From Eledone cirrhosa (lineage: Eukaryota): a DNA stretch of 64,000 bases. The stretch spans positions 158,906,001 to 158,970,000 of the forward strand of contig OZ024743.1 in NCBI GenBank assembly GCA_964016885.1. Reading direction: 5' to 3'. The position numbers were made by a program, and so were the translations under genes. Of this stretch, positions 1-11,585 are shown one piece after another (within the stretch, counting starts at the first letter, position 1; the number at the start of each line of letters is the position of its first letter). Below the pieces are notes generated by a model. That model did not search any database. It worked only from the letters and a program-made list of their open reading frames with translations, and was not told where the DNA came from.

Positions 1-3000
1 TGGACTTGGACAAATCGCATAGGGTCATCCAGATCATATCTAGATAGAGTATTTTGTAGGGAAATAGATAGGTCTAGCATAGGCTGTCCACAATTCAAGA
101 TAGTCAGCTACACGGACCACAAATTCGTGATCTGTGTACTTGATTAGATAGGCTTCATAGACGAGGACCCGGCTACTGGAAGCTAAACGCGTCTTTACCA
201 GCGTGCAAGGCCTACAGAGACCGGATTAGCGAACTAGTTAAGCGGGCGTTGATGGGGGCCATCGTCAACAACAAGTGGTGGTTTGCTCTGAAAAGAGCAA
301 TTAGAATAGAGTCCATTAGGTTTAGTAAGGCTTTAGCAATAGAGAAAAATAGAGCAGAGGGAGAATTAGTTAGAAAATTAGACGAGGCGCTTAGCAAAGA
401 CATCACGACCGACGTACTTGCGGCGAAATTGGCCCTTGACCATTTCTTCAATGCAAAGCACGAAGGCTGCGTTGTCAGAGCTAGGGTGCGTGCTCTCAGA
501 CACGAGGGGACGAAAGCCGTTCAATGGGCCCGAGTGGCGGAGGCGCGTCGTGGCAATAAAGCCACGATCCGGTCTTTGGTGGACCACGACGGGCGCATGC
601 TACTCGATCCCGGGCAAATGTGTGAAGCTTTTCAGCGACACTTCGCTCAACTGTTCGGGGGCAGTGGCGGGCCGGATCGAGGAATGGACTTTAGTGTCTA
701 CCTCGACGGACTGCCGCGGCTTTCGGCCACTGAGGTGGAGTGTTGCGAAAAGCCGATAACAACCGCTGAAGTACGGGAGGCAATGACTGGCTGCACAAGG
801 GGTAAATCGCCTGGTTTGGATGGTCTGCCCTATGAACTTTACGTACAAATGCCAGACTTATTCGGAGGCCTCTTGGCGGACGTCTACTGCAACTGGCAAC
901 AGAACGGGAGAATTCCCAGCTCTGTGAGCCGAGGAGCGGTGGCGCTGCTGAGAAAGGATCCGAACAAGGGGGATAACATAGATAATTTTAGGCCCATAAC
1001 TCTGCTAAACACAGAGTTCAAGATTTTGGCCAAGGTGCTAGCAAAGAGGTTGGCGCTTGTCGATGGTGGTCTGGTGGGAGAGGCACAGACATGCGCCATT
1101 CCCGACAGATCCATCCACGACAACCTCCACCTCATGCGATACATCGTAGAAAGGGTAGCTAGGGAACCTGGCACGGGTGGGTCTTTGATCAATTTAGATC
1201 AGTCGAAAGCCTTCGATAGGGTCGACCATCGTTACCTAGCGGCCGTCCTGAGGGCGGCTGGGTTTGGGCCCGTCTTCAGAGGCTGGATCGCTGCGATGCA
1301 CAGCGACATCTGCTCTGTAGTGAGAGTGAACGGTCACCTTTCGGAACCGTTCAACATCATGCGCTCGGTCCGCCAAGGATGTCCCCTCTCGTCCCTATTG
1401 TACGTATTGACTCTCGAGCCATTACTGCACAAACTGGAGACGTTGAGGGGGGTCCCGCGCGAACTAGGATGCGGAAGATCCGTGTCAGCATATGCGGACG
1501 ATGTCACCGTAGTGGTGTCGAACGCCAAACACATCGAGGCGATCGGCACTACACTAAGAGAATACGAAGCGGTGACAGCAGCAATGATCAACCAGGAAAA
1601 GTCAGTGGGCCTGCAGCTCGGCACCTGGAGAGGCAGGTCCATGCCGTCCAACAGCGTCGTCGGGCGCTGGACGGACGGACCGGTTAAATTGCTAGGGGTC
1701 TGGTTCGGTCCAGACCTCCAGACGGACAAAAACTGGGACGAGGTGACGAGCAGGGTGGCTTCTCTCACTCAGAAATTGGCCGATAGGAAGCTATCCCTGA
1801 AAGGTCGAGCGGAGGTGGCTAACGCGTACATCGCGTCCGTCATCTACTACCGCCTGACCGTCGTACCTTGTCATAAGCCCCGCCTGACTGCGCTGGAGCG
1901 TTTGCTCTTTCGTTTCTTGTGGAAGGGACGCGCTCCGATGGTCAGGCGGTCCATTTGCTGTCAACACCCGCTACGTGGAGGGCTGGGCATACCGTGGCTG
2001 ATGATGCGCAGACACGCGCTCAGGCTACGATATCTCCACCTCTTCCTCGACGGTGATCAGGTGTGGTCGCCGTTTGCTAGACACGTTTTTCCCCAGCTCG
2101 TCTCCTTGACGGAGCTGCAGTCCTGGGTCAAGCGAAGACCGAGAGGGAAGGCTTGGAGACTGGAATGTCTTCAGGCGCTCACAGCCCTCGACCAATCGGG
2201 CAATGTGATCGGTGGAAACTCCACCTTGGCGTTCTATAGGGGATTAGTGGAGGGTAAGAGCGACGACGTACTTGGAGAAACTCTAGGCGTCGACGAAAAT
2301 CAACTAGCCAATCTCTTCGGAAGGACTTTCGGGCCGGGGCCTATGGACAACTTCCAGAAATCCCTGGCCTCGCAGTGCTACCGGGGAGCTTTGCCAGTTC
2401 GGGATAAACTCTACAGGCATGGAGGTGCCGTCAGCCGGGCATGTCCGAGATGCGCACAGGGCGACGAAACCGTCCTGCACGCACTCGTCCAGTGTCCGAG
2501 CATTGCTGACTTGTGGGTTTATGTCGAACACCTGCTGTCACGTGTAGGACGGATCCAGCTATCAGCTGAGTCCATCGTGAGGATTGCCCCGCCCTCTTCC
2601 TTTAGCCGGGAAGGGCAGGCAGTTTTTATCTGTCTGGTGGCCATGGCGAAAGAGATAGTATGGTGGACACATTTGAAAGGGCTGAAGACGAGCACTCACC
2701 TCTTCGGTGATGCCCTGATTAACTTTTTCAAATTTCATTTTAAAAGGAAAATCAGGGTAGAGAGGGAAGTGCTCTCTTCCTAGCATTTTGTTGAAAGATG
2801 GGTGAGAGAAGCAAGTATGGCCCGAATGAATGGGCCTTCTCTGAGTATGTGTCTGTAAATTAAAGGTCGAAAACTGGGAGAGGGCACTTGCCCTGGTGGT
2901 CAGGGTCACTGTGGTCTTTTAATGGGCTTTCTCCACAAATGTCCCTCGGAAGTCTCGCCCCTATTGGGGAATTTTTCCTTGTTATTTTATTACATCCTCT

Positions 3001-3101
3001 GTTTTTTTACACGCAGAAATGCCCATTTGTACCGTCCTGTATTGTCCCGTACTGTCCTTAATGTCTACTTTATGTAAACCCTTGTGGTTAATAAAGAAAA
3101 C
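1..3101 (+). mobile_element. Tx1/L1-clade LINE (ORF2 and 3' UTR; 5' part outside window)
   Basis: Frameshifted APE C-terminus (LDRVF, YTDHKFV, PGYWKLN) at 1-248, then the RT ORF. The 3' end GTGGTTAATAAAGAAAAC abuts (ATT)n. Confidence 0.92.
249..2783 (+). CDS. LINE ORF2 reverse transcriptase with zf-RVT (premature stop near C-terminus)
   Basis: KSPGLDGLP, NFRPITLLNTEFKILAK, DQSKAFDRVDH, VRQGCPLS, AYADD, CPRC...ETVLHALVQC. The frame continues past the TAG to about 2859. Confidence 0.9.
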   Translation: MMGAIVNNKWWFALKRAIRIESIRFSKALAIEKNRAEGELVRKLDEALSKDITTDVLAAKLALDHFFNAKHEGCVVRARVRALRHEGTKAVQWARVAEARRGNKATIRSLVDHDGRMLLDPGQMCEAFQRHFAQLFGGSGGPDRGMDFSVYLDGLPRLSATEVECCEKPITTAEVREAMTGCTRGKSPGLDGLPYELYVQMPDLFGGLLADVYCNWQQNGRIPSSVSRGAVALLRKDPNKGDNIDNFRPITLLNTEFKILAKVLAKRLALVDGGLVGEAQTCAIPDRSIHDNLHLMRYIVERVAREPGTGGSLINLDQSKAFDRVDHRYLAAVLRAAGFGPVFRGWIAAMHSDICSVVRVNGHLSEPFNIMRSVRQGCPLSSLLYVLTLEPLLHKLETLRGVPRELGCGRSVSAYADDVTVVVSNAKHIEAIGTTLREYEAVTAAMINQEKSVGLQLGTWRGRSMPSNSVVGRWTDGPVKLLGVWFGPDLQTDKNWDEVTSRVASLTQKLADRKLSLKGRAEVANAYIASVIYYRLTVVPCHKPRLTALERLLFRFLWKGRAPMVRRSICCQHPLRGGLGIPWLMMRRHALRLRYLHLFLDGDQVWSPFARHVFPQLVSLTELQSWVKRRPRGKAWRLECLQALTALDQSGNVIGGNSTLAFYRGLVEGKSDDVLGETLGVDENQLANLFGRTFGPGPMDNFQKSLASQCYRGALPVRDKLYRHGGAVSRACPRCAQGDETVLHALVQCPSIADLWVYVEHLLSRVGRIQLSAESIVRIAPPSSFSREGQAVFICLVAMAKEIVWWTHLKGLKTSTHLFGDALINFFKFHFKRKIRVEREVLSS

Positions 3102-3147
3102 ATTATTATTATTATTATTATTATTATTATAATAATAATAATAACTC

Positions 3148-3232
3148 TGCCTTTCATCCTTACGGGGTCGATAAAATAAAGTACCAGTAATACACTGGTT
3201 AATTGCTGGCCTTGTGCCTAAAGTAGAAACAA
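3148..3232 (+). mobile_element. SINE fragment (family A; central and 3' part)
   Basis: GCCTTTCATCCTTACGGGGTCGATAAAATAAAGTACCAG...GGCCTTGTGCCTAAAGTAGAAAC, near-identical to 49627-49712, flanked by (AAT/ATT)n. Confidence 0.75.
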
Positions 3233-3254
3233 TTATTATTATTATTATTATTAT

Positions 3255-3610
3255 TATAGAAATGGCTTCTACGGGACTAGGACTGGTTTTCATACGAAGG
3301 AAATCATTAGGAAAGCCGATTGTCTATGTGATATAGTGGTATTTGTACATTTTCTGGTGGTAGGAGAAGCTGGTGATTGGAATGGGTGGAGAAATTAGTT
3401 GGTACAATCCCGCTTTAACCGTGAGGTATCTACACCAACAGCTAGGATTTTCTTCAAATTGCTGAATAAACACTTCCCCACACAACATAAGTCCTACACT
3501 ATTTTAATAAGAATACGATAAGACTCTCGTACTCCACTACACCTAATTTAGCTAGGGATATAGCCAACCTCAACACTGCTAAATTAAATAAGCCTACTAC
3601 CAAGCTTGCT
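3255..3610 (+). mobile_element. Penelope-like fragment with inverted 5' pLTR piece (degenerate HHR at 3264-3317, minus)
   Basis: 3255-3392 is the reverse complement of about 10430-10563. It is followed by a frameshifted WYNP...IFFKLLNKHFP...NKNTIRLSYSTTPNLA segment homologous to 7330-7500. Confidence 0.7.
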
Positions 3611-5140
3611 TGGTGAGGAGGGTGATATTTGAACACCCTGCAGGATGAAATACAAGACACGGCAATGGGCGGGGGAACTCAGCAGAGTCAATGGCCATCC
3701 GTATAGTACCTTTTTTTATTTTTCACCTGGGAGTGAAAGCCCCCCAGATGTTGTCACAACCCCTTTCTAAGAGAGGGAAACTCTGAAAACAAAAATACCT
3801 GCGGCTTCGGAAGCATCCGATGATGTTGACCAGTTCTCCTTTTCGGGTAGTGTTTTCGATGCTCAGAGAGTGGGATTGGTCGAGTGTACGGTTTTTTCCC
3901 ACTTAAAAAACATTCAAAGCACAGGCATTACTTGTTCAGAATATGTTACAGGTTTGTGTGACTGGCCGTAGCCTAAAAGTGCACCAAACTCTATAATCCT
4001 CCAAGCAATTGGAGTACTCTTAGCAGAGTTTGCGGACATCATGTATGTATGTAGGTATATGTGTATGTATGCATGTATATATATATATAACTCAACGTTT
4101 AAATATAAATATAAATTTAAAATGTAGTATATTTAGTTAAGATATTTATTTAATTAATTATGAAACCTGACGATAAATCTTTCGATTCCTTCAACTTTTT
4201 CTTTTTTAAACCTTCTTCATAAATATATACTAATGATGTAATTAAACTACCCTAAAACGTTGATGCTCCCAATCTATTGAATAAATTTTACGCTAGATAA
4301 ACTTCTATACTAAATATAAGAGCATCTGTAGAACAACAGGGTCTCCTAAATCTTTTAAATGATTTCTGCTAAGTAAGTCTTGTTGAATAATTTTGGTTTT
4401 TTGTTTGCTTTTGATTCTGATTGCTTCTAATGAGCTTGGCAATATATTGTCAGATAAATTGGAAGGGTTGATTTCTGTGGTTGATATGGGGGCATACTGT
4501 GTTTTTTAAGGCCCTTGATACCCTAGGGAGTAATGAAAGTATTCTTAGCGTTTTGATATATTGATATCTGTTGTCTATTCTATACATGAACGATAATCAT
4601 GTATGCGAGGGCAGGAATATTAATATTAATATATATTTTTATCTATGTGTATGTATGTATATATATATATAGTAAAATCTTTTATAACGCAAAGGAAAAT
4701 TTTTTAATGTGAAATGAGAAATTACAGAGCTGATCACGTATGTTCACGTGTATATCTATAGTGTCAACTAGAACTTGAGATGACCTTCTCTTTTTCTCTT
4801 TCTTTCTTTTTCCGGAAAGTACATATATACTTATGTATTTTTGAAGTTTTATCTCAGGTTTTGATATATCGACCTAAGAATTTTTAAACTAAACATATGG
4901 TCATTATTTTTCACACATTATATATGTATGTCTCATTCATGAATATTGATATTTACAGTATAATACCCAATTCATATGAATTGATAATTCAAAATGATAG
5001 GACATAACGTAAAGTTGTAAATCTGTCATCCTGCTCTCTAGATATAGCTTTCTTCTCCTCCCTCTATACATGTTAATTTAAGTATCGCTGTTTTTTCTTT
5101 AGTTATTTTTTATCTCTCTCCGTCTCCTTAACACTATAAC

Positions 5141-5173
<33 letters not shown>

Positions 5174-5472
5174 ACAGTACTCCCTCCCTCATAAATCTCT
5201 CAATTTGTATGATGTATTATTATTCATCTGTTGCCTCAACTGCCTCTCATTTTTTCCCCTCCTCACTATTTCTCTCTCCCATATCTCTCTCTATCTCTCT
5301 CTATTTTTCTTTACATACATTTATTCCTTCTCTCCGTCTTTCTTTCTTTCTAACTGTGCTTAACACTAAATATTTACAAACATCTCACTACCAAACCAAC
5401 TTTTTTAAATGGAAGTTGATCAATATTTTTATGGTACGTCAAATTTATTTATAAAACTGCTTATATATTGTA

Positions 5473-5534
5473 TTTTATCTGAAGAAGGCATGCCATATTT
5501 TTAATATGGTATCCCTGAAATATATATAATGAAA
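5473..5534 (+). ncRNA. Type I hammerhead ribozyme motif
   Basis: ttttat CTGAAGA AGG-[atgccatatt/aatatggtat hairpin]-CCT GAAA TATATA TA atgaaa. Palindromic stem III; stem I is weak and AU-rich. Confidence 0.6.
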
Positions 5535-5576
5535 TAAATATGGTTTTATAAATATAGTTTCCATTTGTTTAATATC

Positions 5577-5624
<48 letters not shown>

Positions 5625-5807
5625 GTTATATAGTAAGGTGCATTATTGGCTGTGTAAAATGGTCCAATAACTTTATGTTAGCAATATTAAGTTCTCCACG
5701 CTTTTGTATATCTCCAATTCAATTCAAGGGAACAGCTAGATGATGTAAAACGGAGTATAAGTATCAAAATAAAAATCCGAAGGCAAGGTAAAATTCCAAT
5801 TATTTAA

Positions 5808-5881
5808 TCACGACACATGTTTCAATAAGAGATAGATCGATTGTGAAGCCATGATCGATTATTACTGATCTCATCAGGTGA
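5808..5881 (-). ncRNA. Type I hammerhead ribozyme motif in inverted pLTR
   Basis: Reverse complement of the 9675-9748 motif with intact core. Confidence 0.72.
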
Positions 5882-6070
5882 AAATGAATTGTCTTCAAAT
5901 TCTTGATATGAGGGAGAAAAATAACGATGTTCTCTCACAGAATTCATTCCCTCATATGAAGATACACCAGTCAGAGACACGGCGACTGCTCAACTTCAGT
6001 TGAGATCATAAAAGTTTTCAGATTTCTATCGCTGCAAAAGACGCTGGACATCAATCAAATCTGTAGGGAT

Positions 6071-8120
6071 CGAAGCTCAAATTGTGGTCAGGAACTAGTG
6101 AGGTAATTATTTGGCTTGAGAAATCGCAGAATGAGAATAGCACTAAGTTTATACAGTTCGATATCTCTAATTACTACTCTTCAATCTCTCCAACTCTTCT
6201 AGGTAGGGCCCTTAACTTTGCTAGCTTACACACCTACCTTACATCCGAAGAAATTAACATTATTCTCCTAGCTAGGAAAACCTTAATTGAATTCAACGGT
6301 GACCTGTGGACCCGGAAGGATTGGCCAGACAATTTCGACATCACCATGGGATCCACGGACTCGGCCTAGGTGACGGATCTGGTGGGCCTTTACCTCCTTG
6401 ACTGTCTCGGAGTGGAAATGCCCCACTTGGGAGGCGGCGCTTACTGTGACGACGTTTTATTTACTGTGTCGTTCCATAATAATAGTATGGTAGAGAGGGC
6501 CAGGAAAAAACTTATCAAATTCTTCAAGAACATAGGCCTAAGTATAGTGTTTGAAGAGAACTTAAAGATAGTTAATTTTCTAGATGTTACACTTAACCTC
6601 AATTCAGGACACTTCCAACCCTACCCCAAACCCAACGAGAATCTAAACTATGTCAACACAAAATCGAACCATCTTAGAATAGTCACTAACGGTATTACCA
6701 AAAGCGTCTCTAGTAGAATTTCAGGACTATCTTCCAATGAAGATGCATTTAATAATATCTCGAATTACTATAATAGTGCCCTGGAACGCGCGGGGCATAG
6801 CGATGGAATCTCATTCAAACGTCCATTAAATACTAGAAGCAACATTGCCTGCGATGGCTTAGGCCTAAATAGTGACACTCTAGTTAACAGCAGGCGTGAT
6901 ACGAGGGAGAATTTATATAGACTTCATGTTGTATTGCCGACTAGTCTCAATGCTATTGGTACCAATAGAAACAGCCACCCACGGGGTCTGAGCAACGTAA
7001 CGCCAGCGGAAACTCTAATGGTAACCTTAATTGTGGAACCGATAAAACTACCGTTGAACGCTGTATGGAACGAGGGTCGAGTAAGGGAAATAGGGACAGG
7101 TGTAGCAGACGCATAGTGGATACAACCCCGGCTATCGAGGATAATCCCAATGGCCGCACGGGGGTACACCGCCCTGGAGACTTGGGACGATTCGGAACAC
7201 AATCGTGACACCCCAGGACACCATCGGCCCACAGACAATTTCCAGTTACAATAGGCCAGTAACTACTAGGGAGACAGGTAATTCTAATATAGTTAGTAAG
7301 AATAAGAGGCATCGGACCAGAAAAGTTCTGTGGTATAATCCCCCTTACTCCACTGGCCTGACCACTAGTATAGTTAAGCTTTTCTTTAGGGCCTTAGACA
7401 AATGCTTCCCTAGATCGCACAGATATTATAAAATATTCAATAGAAATACCATCAAGCTGTCCTACTCCACAACTAGTAACATAGCTCAGAATATAGCTAA
7501 GAGAATTATAGTAGACTTAGGACAGCCCATGAGAGAATTAGGCATGGCAGGAACAATGGCAGCTCTATTGAGGAACTGACTCATACGCGTCAGGAGAGTC
7601 GGGTCCCCAACCCCAGGGAATTTACCCATAGAGCAGACGGGAACTGAGACCCGACCCCAAAGGTACCGTGGTCCATCTGGAACTACCCAGGTCGACAGCA
7701 AAAAATGTAACTGCAGAAGCACCGCCACCTGCCCCATGGCTGGGAAATGCCTTACCAAAAACATAGTCTACGACTCTAAGGTCTCCACTCCTGATAGAAC
7801 CTTTAGGTATGTTGGGACAACTGCCACGGAATTTAAGGATATATGGTATAATCACCGCAATACCTTTAATAGATTAGATAAAAAAAATAGCACGGCACTT
7901 TCTGAATTAGCTTAAACACCAGAATATAGAGCACTCCTTATCCTGGTCCATAATTTTCTCAGCCCAACCTTATAACGGCAGCACTGGCGTTTGCAATTTA
8001 TGTATAGCTGAAACTTTTAATATTATTAGAGGCGGCCCCCTATTAATTAATAGATTTTTTCAGCAACTGCCAACATAGAACCTCGAAAATCTTCCGCAGG
8101 ATTTTTGGAAGGTAACCTAC
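6071..8120 (+). pseudogene. Penelope RT + GIY-YIG endonuclease ORF, disrupted
   Basis: FIQFDISNYYSSI, ITMGS, AYCDD, VNFLDVTLNL, WYNPPYS, then CNCRSTATCPMAGKCLTKNIVY...RYVGTT...WYNH (Cys linker and GIY-YIG). Stops and frameshifts present. Confidence 0.85.
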
Positions 8121-9050
8121 CACTAACTTCTCCCTCTCTACTTTAGCCATAGAGTTCTCTCAATAAACAGACAGTCACACACACAGGTACTTAGACAACT
8201 AAGATTGTTTGCGCACTTACAAACGATACTCGGCCTGTTTCCACGGAGTTCTCACAGCTGAGTGCACTTTTTTAGAATACCTAGCTAGTAAATAGTTAGA
8301 TTGATTACACACTTAGTATACCTAGTTAGTAATTGATTGCACACTCAGACATGACCAATTACGCGCACCTACCTTTACTTTAAGATACCCTAACCATTGA
8401 GTTCTCTCAGTTGGGATATAGCTAGTCGTATTACACATTTAGTTAGGACCGATTACGCTCTCTATACATAACTCTACACACAGTACCCGTTTCCTTTAGA
8501 CATTGAGTTCCCACAATTACGACTGTCACGTTCCTACCGACTGAACACTATACTAGGTTTTGATCCGTGATCATCTAACCATGGAGGACTCACTGTTACG
8601 GATTAAACAATAATACTGACACACCATTAATGGGCCTACACACATCCTTCGGATTTTACTATCCTGTGTTTTTTTACTTCACCTTCTGTGTTGGATAACA
8701 CACCTTCACCACTCAAACAACTATCTTAAAAGCTCATTGGCCCATATGACGGGAAATCGCACTTACTGACGCATTTACCCAGTACCCAATCCTACACGGA
8801 GCCCTTTGCTGGCCTACATTGCGGTTGCTTGCACGCACGGATTTGGTGACTCGGATTCTCAATGGGATAGCGGTACATACTGAGTTCGATATGAGACGAT
8901 TACTTGCTCTTCACATGGATGCGTATATACCCGCACATACCCCTTTTTGGACGATTTGGATGTGTATATACCATAACATACACTTGAAGATATGGATATT
9001 ACAATTCAATCTATACACGTATAGCAGAACACTGAACTGAACTTACTTGC

Positions 9051-9153
<103 letters not shown>

Positions 9154-9674
9154 TATCGGGCGTTGGTTAACCCAATATTTCCAATTTACATCGTCAAATT
9201 GAGATTTGACCAATATAGCTTCTGTTGTTTTGTGAACTAACTTTCGGTGAGTGCTGTGTTGGTACATTCTTATATTTATTTATTTGCTTTCTTAATTTTG
9301 TTTTTTCTCGGACATCGCTTCGGTGTGTGCGAGAGTGTGTGTGTACCCTCCCACACTAACTCTACAGGTTTAATACTGTGTTGATGTGTGAATATATATG
9401 TATATATTTTTCTTTGACCTCGAGCCGGTGTATGTGGGTGTGGAATGTGTGTGTACCCACTCACATTAACTGTGACTGACTATATCCCTACAGATTTGAA
9501 TGATGTTCAGCGTCTTTTGCAGCGATAGAAATCTGAAAACTGTTATGACCACAACTGAAGTTAATAGCAGTCGCCGTGTCTCTCACTTGTGTGTCTTCAT
9601 ATGAGGGAATGAATTCTGTGAGAGAACATCGTTATTTTTCTCCCTCATATCACGAATTTGAAGACAATTCATTT

Positions 9675-9748
9675 TCACCTGATGAGATCAGTGATAATCG
9701 ATCATGGCTTCACAATCGATCTATATCTTATTGAAACATGTGTCGTGA
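9675..9748 (+). ncRNA. Type I hammerhead ribozyme motif in 3' pLTR
   Basis: tcac CTGATGA [47-nt stem II with ATCGAT/ATCGAT pairing] GAAA CATGTG TC gtga. Confidence 0.75.
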
Positions 9749-10502
9749 TTAAATAATTGGCATTTTTCCTTGCCTTCGGATTTTAATTTTGATATATTAT
9801 ATATATAAATATATATATATATAATAAAAGGAAGAATTAGAAATAGAAGCCAGGACTATCCATCATCAGTGGTATACTAGCCATCATAGGTATTTCTTCG
9901 CAATAAAGGTCATATTCCTCCGGCTCGGGCAATACAATAACTAAAATAAGTTATTGGGATAAAAAGAATTGGGTGGAAAAAGAGAGACAGGTAAACAAAC
10001 ACGAATGGTGAGGCAACGTAAAGGGAGGAAAAAATGAGAAAATCAAGTCAATTCTTGTTATGTTCAATTTATTTTGAACATAAGAACTTGTGAATATTGA
10101 CGAGAAGTCAAAGACACATCTTGGCCGTGCGAAAGTGAGCGAGGAAAGAATTTCGTACGGTGTGGGACGATAGAGTGAGAGAGAGGGTGAGTAGCAGAGG
10201 GGGTGAGTGAAAGTAAGAGGGAGAAGGAGAGAGAAGGGGAAGAAAGAAAGAGGATAGCAATAAGGGAAGAGAAAAAGACAGGTCACAGCGAAGGGGAAAG
10301 CATATATGAATGAAAAATGGCGAGCTGTGTTGTTGCTTGCAACAACACAGCTTTGTATCATTCTGTATTTTTCTCTAAATATAGTTTTTTCAAAGAATCC
10401 CCATTCTTTAAATCCACCAGGCAATGACCTCCATCCATTCCAATGACCACCTTCCCCTACCTCCTGAAAATGTATAAATACCACTATACTACATTGACAG
10501 TC

Positions 10503-10554
10503 GGCTTTCCTGATGATTTCCTTCGAATGAAACAGTTCTAGTCCTATAGAAGCC
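10503..10554 (+). ncRNA. Type I hammerhead ribozyme motif (solo pLTR, about 10370-10630)
   Basis: ggctttc CTGATGA tttc-cttc-gaat GAAA CAG ttctagtc CTA TA gaagcc. Homologous motifs at 3264 (minus) and 56920. Confidence 0.7.
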
Positions 10555-11169
10555 ATTTCTATATTAAAGATTTGTACTTTGTTATGTATTGAGTACCTTA
10601 CTGTGGTTACCCCCGATTAAACCCGGTATACACACATACACACACACATATATATCTCCCCCTCACTCTTTCCCACCCTCTTTCTCACCTCCGTCTCTCT
10701 CTCTCTGCTCCCTTATTACTTCCGTTTCCTTCGTCCCTTTCTCACTTTACGCCCGCTCTCACCGAGAACAGACGTGTTTCTTTAGCTCTCTCGTTGTTAA
10801 TAAGGTCTCTAGGCTTAAACCTAGCTGTCTTTTTTAACTTCGTTCTCTCTCACCTTGTTTACTCTACATATATGTGCCACTGTCCCGTGTCTCCGGCTCT
10901 CTATCGGTATGTCCTTTTTTCTTTTTTTTCTCCTCTTACCTTCTCTTCCGTTTTTTTTTCTGTCTTCGCTATCGTCTCCTTTTCATCTTTTCTTTCCCTA
11001 ATAACTTTATAAGTTATTAATCGCACTGCGGTTAGATGTATTGTCTTTAATGCGTCGAAACATCCGAGACCCGCTGCAGACTACTGAAGAGGGGGAATGT
11101 CTATCTCCCCGTTTGAGTTTGCTTTATTCTCTACACTCGTTATAACCACACAGCCTTGTCCCTTTCAAT

Positions 11170-11201
<32 letters not shown>

Positions 11202-11209
<8 letters not shown>

Positions 11210-11437
11210 AAGTTTGTCCTCATCAGGGGCCATCCAACCGTCGTAGGCATTTCGTCGCATTAAAGGCCATATACCTCAGGTTGGTGCGAGCAACGGCTAA
11301 AAAAAAGTCGTTGGGACACGTAAATAAAGGGGACGCTAGGGTACAACACTCGCACCAACCTGAGGTATATGGCCTTTAATGCGACGAAATGCCTACGACG
11401 GTTGGATGGCCCCTGATGAGGACAAACTTTTTCATAT
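11202..11437. repeat. Fold-back element, 89-bp arms, containing a truncated HHR 5' half
   Basis: 11202-11290 is the reverse complement of 11349-11437; the arm contains ggcccCTGATGAGG. Flanked by (TA)n. Confidence 0.85.
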
Positions 11438-11538
11438 GTAACCCATTTGCAACGCCGCAGCTCCATTATTATTATATATATATATATATATTAATGAAAA
11501 AGAACAAAGGAACTATTATGACATTATAACAAGTTTAT

Positions 11539-11585
11539 TGCCGACAGCCGTTTCGTCCGACCCCATGGTGGGACTTATCAAGGCA
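11539..11585 (-). ncRNA. Hammerhead ribozyme motif, U3-A8 variant (inverted copy)
   Basis: Exact reverse complement of 12871-12917. Confidence 0.73.

Noticed and set aside
378-2909. Overlapping antisense and alternate-frame ORFs in the LINE
   Set aside because: Shadow ORFs of GC-rich RT coding sequence.
4166-4200. CTGACGA followed by a small hairpin
   Set aside because: No GAAA, stem III or stem I partner; could be chance.
9951-11012. Hydrophobic ORFs of 70-200 aa
   Set aside because: Derived from purine/pyrimidine-biased low-complexity pLTR-like tracts; no recognisable motifs.
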